This document shows positions 22,586 to 33,500 of a DNA stretch of 64,000 bases, piece by piece. The stretch is from Marsupella aquatica (taxonomy: Eukaryota > Plantae > Marchantiophyta). The notes beneath the pieces were generated by a model. That model was not told where the DNA came from, searched no databases, and saw nothing but the letters and a program-made list of their open reading frames with translations. The stretch is from NCBI GenBank assembly GCA_973895155.1, contig OZ316896.1, positions 5,694,166 through 5,758,165 of the forward strand, read 5' to 3'. The stretch's first letter is position 1; each line of letters starts with the position of its first letter. A program made the translations under genes and the position numbers.

Positions 22586-25500
22586 ATGACTTCAAGAAAG
22601 CTTGCGGCGCCGAAGTTTGAGGTGGAGAAGTTTGACGGGAAGGTCAGCTTCAGCCTCTGGACTCGGAAGGTGACCAATGTGTTGATCCAGCAGGGTCTTG
22701 AGAAGACCCTCACTGGAGTGAAACCCTCGAATCTAACAGATGAGGAGTGGGAGGACATGTCGGTGCAGGCGTGTAGCACAATTGAGTTGTTCTTGGCAAA
22801 CAACATTCTCAAGAACGTGTTGGGGATGGATCAGAATGCCAAGAAAATCTGGGATATGCTTACTCAGCTATACCAGAGTACTTCGTTGACTACTCGCATT
22901 TATCACTTGGAGCGGCTGTTCAGGTTGAAGTTGAAGGATGGTGGCAACATGCGTGATCACCTCAGTCTCTTTGATGAGATTGTGCACGAGGTGGCCACAG
23001 CGGGAGACAAGTTGACCGATGAGTATCTTGCGATGCATTTGTTGATGTCGCTTCCTCAGAGCTATTCAACGTTGGTGACAGTCATCACACATGACAAGTC
23101 TACATTGAAGCTGGATGAGGTAAAGGCTACCATTCTTGCAGAATGGGGCAAGCGACAACTTTCTGGCCGTGACAATGAGTCTGCTGCCTTAGTGGTTAGA
23201 GGCAGATCGACGGAGCGTACTACGGATCAGTCTAGATCTAAATCACATAGTAGATCTAAATCTAAGTCCCGTAGTAAGAAAGTGCAGTGTTGGCATTGCC
23301 ATGAGAAGGGCCACACCAAGTGGAATTGTCCTTCTCTGTCGAAGCAGAAGCGTCCTGCTTCCAATGGTGCGTCCTCATCGTCAGCTGGTATTGTGATTGC
23401 TGATAATGAGGATGCTGCTGAAGTGCTATGTATTGGTGCTGTGAATTCTGTGTATGACAATAAATGGATGTTGGATTCGGGTTCCTCTTATCACGTGTGT
23501 CCAACGCAATCGTATTTCTCCACTTACCAACCTTGTACCGGTACTGTGGAAATCGGAAATGGAGTCCGATGTGCGATTGTTGGCATGGGGACTATCAAAT
23601 TCCGGATGTTTGATGGTGTTGTGCGAGCACTGACGGGAGTCAGACACATACCAGACATCTCTAAAAATTTGATTTCTCTTGGTGCTTTGGAAGCTGGTGG
23701 ATCTCATTTCACTGCACGTGATGGTGCGCTCTTTGTCGTCAAAGATGATGTATCTTTGATTAAGGCGCTACGGCAGAATAATTTGTACATCTTGGAAGGA
23801 GATGTCATTGCTCCTAGAGTGGAGCATGTGGATTCTATGGTGGAACGTTCGGATGCAACGGCAACATCTGCTGTAGAGTCATCTACGGCTGCTTCAATTG
23901 AAGCACCCTCAACATCTGGTCGCACACAAGCCATAGATTTGTGGCATGCACGGTTGGGGCACTTGAGTGGTAAAGGATTGGCAGCCTTGGCAAACAGAGA
24001 TTTGTTGCAAGGCGCTCAATCTGGTAAACTCTCTTTCTGTGAAGATTGCATCTTCGGCAAGCAGAGGAGAGTGAGTTTCAGTTCTAGTTCATACCATTCT
24101 CATGAAATTCTTGAGTATGTACATTCGGATGTTTGGGGTCCAGCGCCGGAGCCGTCGTTGGGTGGAGCCAGATATTTTGTGACATTTGTAGATGATTACT
24201 CTCGAATGTGTTGGTTGTACTACATGAAGGAGAAGTCTCAAGTCTTTGAGATTTTCAAGGAGTGGAAAGCCATGGTAGAGCTACAAACTGGGAAGGAGTT
24301 GAAGTGTGTTCGGTCCGATAACGGTGGCGAGTATAAGTCCAATGAGTTTGATCAATTTGGTCGGGACCTTGGCCTCAAGCGTCATTACACTGTACCGGAG
24401 ACCCCGCAGCAGAATGGAGTTGCAGAACGGTTGAATCAGACATTACTGGAGAAAGCACGCAGCATGCTATGTAAGTCCAAGTTGCCCAACAACTTTTGGG
24501 CTGAAGCTGTCAACCAAGCTGCATACGTCTACAATCTGTCACCGCATAGTAGTAAGTTGATGCAGACTCCATTTGAGTTGTGGTATAAGAGACCTGCTGA
24601 TTACTCTAGACTCCGAGTTTTTGGTTGTGCTGCCTATGTTCACATTGAGCAGACACACAGGTCTAAGTTGGATCCCAAGTCTAAGAAATGTATTTTTCTA
24701 GGCTTTAGTCCTGGGCAGAAGGGCTATAAATTGTGGGATCCTGTCGATTGCAAGGCAGTTGTGAGCAGAAATGTTGTTTTTGATGAAGAATGGTTGTCAA
24801 GACCCCGGGATATTCAGGAGGAACAGGTGGAGGAACCCACTACGGTGGAGCTTGGTGGCGATGAGGAAGCTGCTGGTCCCTCTGGTAGAGGTGCAATTCC
24901 TCAACCAAGGCGCTCCACCAGGGCCAATTTTGGCCAACCCCCTGATAGATTTGGTTTTGCAGATCCTCGTGTTCACGTTGTTGAGCATGACGATGATCCC
25001 GGTGTTATTTTGCTTACTAAAGATGGAGACCCCTCTAGATATGAAGAAGCTATGACCTCTCCAGAGAAGGATAAGTGGATGGAGGCGATGTTGAAGGAGA
25101 TGAATTCTTTGAAGAAGAATTCAACTTGGCGCTTAACTGACATGCCTCATGGGAAAACACTGGTTCCGTGTAGATGGTTGTACAAGAAGAAGCAGGATGG
25201 CACTTACAAGGCTCGCCTTGTGGCCAAAGGGTACACCCAGAAGGAGGGCTTGGACTACACGGAAATTTTCTCACCAGTTGTCAAACTCACTACTATCCGT
25301 TTTTTACTTGCGATTGTGACATTCTATGATCTTGAGTTAGATCAGATGGATGTAATTACTGCTTTCCTGCATGGATTGCTTGATGTGGAGATTTATATGA
25401 CTCAGCCTCCAGGTTTTATTGATGAGAAGACCAGACACTTGGTGTGTAAGCTCTTGCGCTCGTTATAAGGATTGAAGCAGAGTCCCAGACAGTGGAATAA

Positions 25501-26602
25501 GCGTTTTGATTCCTTCATGTTATCTCAGGGGTTCACACGAAGTGAACATGATTGTTGTATTTACATGAAGGAGGTGGAGAATTACTCACGTTTTGGTTAC
25601 ATTGTGTTGGCATTGTACGTGGATGACATGCTGATCCTGGCTGAGAATAAGTCTGATGTTGCCCATCTGAAAGCAATGCTGAGTAAGGAGTTTTCAATGA
25701 AGGACTTGGGTCAGGCCAAGAAGATACTAGGGATGGAGATTCATCGTGACAGGGAGCAAAGGCAATTATGGTTGTCTTAGAGGCAGTATTTGGAGAAGGT
25801 ACTTGCCAAGTATGGAATGGAGAATGCAAAACCAGTTGGTACTCCATTGGCCTCCCACTTTAAACTCTCAAAGAATGATTGCCCTTCTAGTGAGAGTGAT
25901 AGACTGGCGATGAAACATGTTCCCTATGATAGTGTTGTGGGTAGTTTGATGTATGCAATGACATGCACTAGACCTGACATTGCCCACGCTGTTAGCATTT
26001 TGAGCAGATTTATGGCAAATCCTGGTAAGCTTCACTGGGAAGCAGTGAAGTGGGTTTTGCCGTATTTGAAAGGTACCTTAGATTGTGGGATCTTATTTGA
26101 CGGTAAAGCAGACTCTACATTAGAGTTGGAAGGTTTTGTAGATTCAGATTATGCTGGTAACTTGGATAACAGAAAGTCTACTACAGGCTATGTGTTTATG
26201 CTGGGTGGAGGTTGTATCAGCTGGAAGTCGGCAACTCAATCTTGTGTTGCGTTGTCTACTACTGAGGCTGAGTACATGGCTGCATGTGAGGCAACCAAGG
26301 AGCTGATCTGGCTACGGAGATTGGTGAGTGATCTGGGTCTTTCACCTGAAAGACCGGTGCTGCTGTGCGACAGTCAAAGTGCTTTGCATCTGGCTAAGAA
26401 CCCTGTGTTCCATGCCAGGACAAAGCACATTGACATTCGTTATCACTTCATCCGTGAGGTGATTGAGACGAAGCAGATGTTTCTGGAGAAGGTGGCTTCA
26501 GAGGAGAATGCGGCAGACATGCTTACCAAAGTTTTACCTACCAGTAGCTTTAGTCATTGTGTGGATATTATTAATGTTAGGGCCAAACCAGTGACTATGT
26601 AA
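22586..26602 (+). pseudogene. Copia gag-pol polyprotein interrupted by two in-frame stops
   Basis: A single frame carries Gag (KFEVEKFDGK), a CCHC knuckle (CWHCHEKGHTKWNC), protease (WMLDSGSSYH), GAG-pre-integrase (LWHARLGH), integrase (VHSDVWGP, VRSDNGGEY, QQNGVAER), RT (YKARLVAKG, LYVDDML) and RNase H (FVDSDYAG, TTEAEY, ADMLTK). TAA at 25466-25468 replaces Y of LYGLKQ, and TAG at 25778-25780 replaces Q of LSQ. Confidence 0.95.
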
Positions 26603-26669
26603 ATATGTTACTTAGTTACATATTGTATATCACCTGACTCATTGTGTGAACTTGAGTCAAGGTGGAGAT

Positions 26670-26963
26670 TGTTAGGAATTGACTCTAGTTCCCGACATAG
26701 TTAGCTTGGCCTTACTAGGGTTAGTTTTAACCCTAGATTACATTAGGATAAGATCCGCTTAGTTTAGGCCCACTCATCTTGGCCCCCTTGGGGGTATAGG
26801 CTGGAGGGAGAGCACTCTCTCCCTCATTCTTCACATGTACTCTCATTTGCTATGGAGCCTTCGGGAGTTTCTCCACTCGGGGTGTCTCGTCGGTGTAGCG
26901 TCTGATTGAGTGTCTCTCATATTTCCGCATTGCTGTCTAGTCCAGAGCCGACGGTTTCTTACA
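26670..26963 (+). repeat. 3' LTR of the copia element
   Basis: Matches the 5' LTR except for two A/G transitions. Confidence 0.97.
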
Positions 26964-29329
26964 ACTCGTGCTGGCCTTGTTGGTGAGGTCAGTGGTGGGC
27001 ATCTTATCTTTGGCAAAGAGCCCTAGGAATGACTGCCCATTTAAATAACTGTTTGCAAAGAATGGGAGCAGTCAAACATGAGAAAATTCCAATTTCTTTG
27101 CTGCCATGGCCGTCCAGGTGTTGCTTGATTGGTTGTCTGGCGAGCAAGGGCAGGCAATGGCACCGCACACCCAAATCCACCAGCCGTGGCATGCAGGAGG
27201 CTGCTTCTGGCTGGTTGGAAGCCAAGGTTTGACAATAGCAGGGTCCAGAGGGGATTGAAAAGTTGCTTCAGCAAGAGAGCTTTGCCAAAATTGTAGCCAA
27301 CTGGGCATTCCTTGCAATGGGTAAGAATGCTCTTAGAGCATCCGCACTAGTGCCCTGGATATATTTTCCGCTGTGTTGCAACATGATAGTGAATCATATC
27401 TTTGAGGTTTGTGTTGGCCACATGTATTCCAAACAATTCTCTGGCTTGGGCCCCAACTTGAGATGCGGACAGTCTGCTAGTTTGGGCAGATTTCAGAGCA
27501 CCAAAATCTTTCTTGCACTGCCAAAACTCAGTACGGTAGTGCCATCTGAGTGTAAATGTGTTATGTAAGTTTTAAGAATCCTTAAAGTATCTTGATTTGC
27601 ACACAGGAAAGTTAATTAATTAATTTTTAATAAAGCAGGAGGATGATATTATGGCATTGTGTTATTTTCCTGGAATACTAAACAACAAATATATTGTGCA
27701 GGTCCAGTGTGAACTGGGAGGGCACTACGGCACAACACAGGCAGGCTTGCAAACTTGTGCATATGCTGTAATAGTTTATTTTATTGTGTATGAAATGGAC
27801 TTCTGCTACTATAATTTTTGAGTGATACTTGACTTGCCTGAATTCTAAGCAAATTTATGACAGAGAAGAGGCCAATTTAAACAGAAGAACCAAATAGATA
27901 AGAGTGTGAAGAGTAAGGACAGGACAAGGAATGCCCAAGAAGATTCAGGTTTTCATGGTCCGTGCACCCCTTTTCCTTTTTTCCATGGGCAGTATTAGGC
28001 TGTTTTGCATGTAGGCAGCCCTTTCTTGTGCAGCCCTCTACTTAACTGATGACATCATATGCATGATAGAGTGAGATTTTCATCCTTGAGCTCCCTCCTC
28101 AGGCCGGACCTGGGCAAGCCTGATAGCACTTTGTAGAGATCCAAGGGAGAATGCCAAAATCATTCTGGCCCTTGCAGTCCCAACTTTTGAGAAACAAACA
28201 ACAAAACATTTGGATGATGGAGTGGGCATGCAGCAGTTCTTCTCAAGTTTGAGTTGATTAATGCATGCTTAGCACGTCCATTAGATTCTGTGATCCATCC
28301 GCAATCCCTTTTGCCCTGCAGTTTAGGGAGTTTCAAGGGCCAAACATTGAGGGCCAGCTGCAAGCAAGACAACCCTAAGTAAGTATGAATGTGATGGCTA
28401 ACACCTGGGTGTCCCATCAGTCATTATTTTAGGCAGCTACTTTTGAGTTTGTTCAAAGTTGCCTGACAGAATCCTTGTTGAAATTCATAAGTCAGATGTA
28501 ATGGTTCTCAAATAATATAATGGAGAATCTAATTAATGTCTCATATGAATCTGTAAAACATGTTAGCAAAGAATATAGATTTCCCAAGGCATGGGAGGAG
28601 TCTTTCATGTACATGTCCCTACTTGTAATTACAAGTTAGTCAACATTGCAGTTACTGATATTAAGTGCAGTCTAATAGGGATTTCCTTGTATAGGTTGCA
28701 CACATCAAGCTTTTCAAGCAACCCTTAAGCAATGACAAGAACTTGCTCCCGGTATGTTCTGCAACGAGGCATCTATATTTACTCAATTTGCTCAGTTTGC
28801 ATAAAAGGAAACCTCAAATTGCACTATCAAAGATTTGCAAAATTTGCCATTTTTGTAACCACATCGATGGGTTACAATGATTGATTAGTGCAAGAACTCT
28901 TGACCCCCAAGCCCTTGCAAGTGTCAATCTGTCACTGTATGATTGAAACTCAAGCTTGAGTTGTTTCAATTGGCCTCAACTGAGGTTTGTGTATGCTCAT
29001 CATAACTTTGGTAGAGTGCAGGCGTGGAAGGAATGGCCAGCCCTAAATAGTCTACATCTTTTGTGGGTTTTGTGTCCATGTCACAGAGGAAAATTATATG
29101 TTTCTTCAATAAAGGCCAGACCATTCTTCTTGTTTGAAAGATTGCCATGATCACCAACCCAAGTCCCATTAGCCAATTAGAGGCTTTCTTAATCTCTTGC
29201 GTGCTTGGCATTTTCAGTACCATAGACACACTACACATTGTTTCAGGTTTGTAAGCTGCACTGCAGACTGACTGATTGAGTTAACGCTCTATCATGGGCC
29301 CACTAGAAGGAACCCCCCGAGAACCTGAT

Positions 29330-29550
29330 CACTGGCCGGCCTTTAGGAGTTTGCTGTTCCAACTATAATCTCTAAATTACTTGCTTAGTTGCGTCCTTTC
29401 CGGGCCCAACTTCTTCCCTGGTAGCGGCCTCCCAAGTCTTAGCGCTTCAACCTTTGGTGCTTTGGGCTGGTGTCCTTTTTTGGGCCCCCTATTTTGTATG
29501 TTGGCTGCTTGAATAAAATTCAATTGGTCTCCCAGGCAACCAAAAAAAAA
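29330..29550 (+). mobile_element. Possible 3' end of a truncated non-LTR retroelement
   Basis: A pyrimidine-rich tail with AATAAA at about 29512 ends in an A9 tract at 29542-29550. No TSD or coding remnant was recognised. Confidence 0.3.
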
Positions 29551-30520
29551 GAACATTTGATGCTAGACCAAATACTTTTTGAGAATTATACAAAGCAAAA
29601 GTGTTATCTGAATAAAAAGTGATGTTTCACAATAGTCTATGCTGGTGTTGGCAATCCATTCCAACATCTTGTCAGACTTGCATTCTACCATAGGGGCTAT
29701 CAGGTGAGCGCATGCCTTATGCAAAACCTTAATATAACCCTTCAAAGTATAGCACGGTAACCTTAAATAAAATTTCTAGATTTCAGTTTTCACTTTGAAA
29801 ACAATGTCTACACTGATAAATCAGTGTTTTATTTACAAATTCTAGGAACATATCGAAAATATGCATTGTAATTTTTTTCCCAAGTACCTAATTTTTTTTG
29901 TGAGGGACAGAAAATTTCAGTCATGAATTATTTGTGGCGCCCACCTCATTATCACTATAGTATAATTATGTGGGAGCTTCAGTCTCTCTTGCACACTGAA
30001 GGGGATGCTAAACAAGTGGAAAAGTGGGAAAGCCTCTCTGCCATGATTGTGGGCTCGATTCAAAGCCCTGAGCACGTACTGTAGTATGGGATGCATTTTA
30101 TGAGTGAAACATTGAAGACGTCTTTTCTCATGTGCTTGAGATAGCTCTGGAAGAACTGCGAGTATCCCGACAGTCCACATAAGAGTTCATATCAACATTA
30201 GCAGCAAGTGGTTCCAAAGCTTTCTCGAGATATCTTGATTGAAGGCTTGTAACTCAAGCAATGTCATGGGAAAACGTTTCTGCGCTTGTGTTCCAATTAC
30301 CATTTGGAGCAGAGATCTGTGTGAAGAAGACTCACTCTCACGTTCAACACTTCTTCTGATTTCGACAATTTGGTGTCTTCCACTTTGGACAAAATTTGAT
30401 TCCTTGATGGATGGAGTAAACGCATAGCATCAATATCTGTCCTTGCGGCTTGGGAATTGATTGGCAAATGCGGATATTGAGCTCAGTGATAGCGTTTGCC
30501 TCAGTGCCAATTTTAGTACT

Positions 30521-33500
30521 CTACCGCGCAAAATAAACTGTTAAGATCTTACGGATTATTTTCCTGGATGCCGTCACTTGGCGTTGTTTATATACCAACA
30601 TTTGTTCCGGCAAGCCTGCGAATCGCTACCAGAGGATCAGTGTCCAGCACAACGAAGAAGAAGAGCAGGCAACTGCAATTGCCATCGACTGCATGCAAAA
30701 AGTAGGTGAGAAATTCTTTCGAGGAGCATATATTCACATGGTTGAATATTTGGAGGAAAGGAAATACGAACCCTCGATGCGTAAAGTAGACAGTTTCAAC
30801 TCGCGGTCATGATCACTGAAGCATGTGGCAATGTGCTCTGCGAGCTCGTTGTCTTCTAGCACCACTAGTATCTCCCTCTGGAAATCAGATCATTCGCTAA
30901 CTCAAAACACAGGAAAAGCAACAGAACAGAGGAGGAGAAATAAAAAATTGGGAGTTCAGGGCTTAGGGTTCAGGGTGAAAGGTAAAATCTTCCAATGCGA
31001 TCTTCGAATGTTTAAGAAAGTGCTTCAAATGCATCATACATGATAACGGTCAAAATTGTCGAAGTAGCCTGTCACTATTAAGTGAAAGTCCAACTTCATT
31101 GTCCCTGCAAAATTAAACGCCAGACCAGCATCACTGACATGAACAAGAGACACCGTGGAAATCAGTTGTCATATCACAACTGTCCCTCTTGCAATCAAAT
31201 TAGACAATTCTCCTGGAGAAAAAAATAGCAAATGATAGAGAAGAATCAAGCTTGCCTCCTATTCTCGATTAATAAACTTCGCCTCTCAAGCATAGGTGGT
31301 TTCTTTGCCATATTCTAAAGGAACTATGCCCGGCAAGATGCAACTAATGCAGGTGAGTAGCAAAATCTCACAGCAAGCTGCGATTATTGTGTAATGAATC
31401 CTGTCCTTCGCAGATCAAACCAAAACCAATCTATGTTTCTTTTTCATATTCAGCGCACAATGATAGATTACAGGACTGGATTTACAACCAGTCAAAACAG
31501 GGTGGAATTTAATTCATCAGGTTAATTAATGGATGAATCAGATGAAAACAAAACTTACTTCCAAAATGTCTCAAGTCCCTTACGACATTTTTTCGGCTTA
31601 AAAGTGCAAAAAGAGGAACGCCAAGAGAACTCATGGCAGCAAATATGGGCCTTCCTCTCCCTGCACATCAATTTAGCATCATTCCCAATGCGCGTCTGAA
31701 GGGTTACTCCTGTCCATCATATCACACCTACACAGCGATTGATCCCTTTGTAACTGAATAACAATGCAACGACATAAGACAAGAATCTGTAAAGAAACTA
31801 GGAAAATTCGGTGAGAAGTTCCAACCAGTGCCTAGGTTCCACTCCATGAATTCCTTAGTCAACACGTCTTTTGTGCTCAGGTGCGATACGTCAAATCTCA
31901 GATTTCTCACTGCATCACCACATTCATTGTCGTAGCACTGAATTTAGACCAGGCAAGAAAAGTTGATAAGGTGAATTTTACTGACAAATTTTCAATCCAA
32001 CATGATTTTGATTAGGAATGAACAGATCGAGGAGGAAGATATCAAGGCGGGTAAGACCGATTATTACTCAAATCGGAGTTGAAGAATTACATACAATATC
32101 TAAAGAAACCTTGTCTTCCGTAGCATCCAGCACCATGTATCAAGAGAGCAGCCATCCACTCATCTCGAGTTGTACAATTGGAAAATGTGGCATCCAAGTT
32201 GGTTGTATCAAGTAGTATCGGACCTAGCTACAAACACAAAAGTGGTGCTGTGCTAGTTAGTAGACATATCTCTTCCTTTCACTCCAAGCCAATTGCATTC
32301 AAGACAAGGATTCAAACAGTATCACTTCCATTGCGACCTTCATGCTCCTGACTTACCAATAGCCTACTCATTCCACACCCAGCCAACTGCGCTGGAGCTT
32401 CTGCTGCGTACTTCTCTGCTATAATTGTACAACAGGATCCAACCTGTAGAAGTAAGTTTAAAGATTAATCTCGTGACTTCAGGCATAAAGTAGGAGGCAG
32501 ATCTCTCGCAGAAACTATTCTCAACACTAGTACAAAGGAAACTTAAAATATAACAGTTATATTCAGTCATTAGAGAAGAAACAATTAATGTTGACTGAGA
32601 AAAAGACCGAGGCGCACCTCTTCAATCTCCAAATTCAAGACCGATGGATAAACACTTGCAGGCTGCAGAAGACATAAGGTTGGATGCACATTATTAAGTT
32701 CAGACAAAGTAGTGTCTGCATAGATTGCTACAAAGGTCGAGTGCAGAAGACTCAGATATTGTGGAATGAACCAGAGCATATAAACCAATTATTGAACAAT
32801 CTGCTATCCATTAAGCTGCACAGCAGGTCTTCGCTAGATTATTTCACTATTATGATATCCACGTATACCATAATTTAATAACTTTGACAATAATTCCATA
32901 ACTCAACGAATTTAACCACCGCTTAAACCCCATTATCTTCGGAGCAGCCTTATCAAACATTGTCGACATCTGTTGTTCCCTTACCTTAAATAAACGTTCT
33001 ACTACATAGAAATGCCAAAATCCAATGGCCTGGCCATTTAAAACAGATAATGTCTTTTCAGAACTGTAGATGAGATCACATTTAAGCAAGTTTTAAACCT
33101 TGGTTATCACTCTAGCTGTGTGGAAGATTTCAAACTTACCAAATTGTGATCAATAATCGTTACGACAGTGTCTTCCAGATCGTCCTGCACGATGAGAAAC
33201 AGTAGAAACACAGTAACTACTGTCAGTTATGTTATAGTAGAAGTACAAATAACTTCTACTCAGGATGACATTTCGAACTGCCAGGCCAAATGGTAGGGAT
33301 CATGGGACAGCAGAATCAACCTGGCAAACAATCTGAAGTGGAGAAATTGTATTGCATAAAAATTATTTCGTGTACTAAAGCTACCTCTTGATGCGGGGCG
33401 AGCTTGCTGTGATCCACAAGCACAAGACTCAGGCTGCCAAACTTCTTGTAGTTTGGAAGGCTTATCTGCATCACGACAATTCACTAATGATATGCGTCGC

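Larger units (their letters stand above)
20573..26963 (+). mobile_element. Full-length Ty1/copia LTR retrotransposon (Tork/Tnt1-like by Gag N-terminus, inference), recently inserted and non-autonomous
   Basis: LTRs at 20573-20866 and 26670-26963 (294 bp, TG...CA, 2 mismatches). 5-bp TSD ACTCG at 20568-20572 and 26964-26968. PBS TGGTATCAGAGC at 20869-20880. Purine-rich PPT AAGGTGGAG just before the 3' LTR. Domain order is gag-PR-INT-RT-RH. Confidence 0.98.

Noticed and set aside
25466-25780. Programmed read-through or RNA-editing rescue of the copia stop codons
   Set aside because: Both stops fall inside RT at conserved Tyr and Gln positions rather than at a gag-pol boundary. U-to-C editing is known for plant organellar transcripts, not nuclear ones.
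30950-30980. Telomere-like TTAGGG/TTCAGGG motifs
   Set aside because: Only two or three imperfect units inside an intron.
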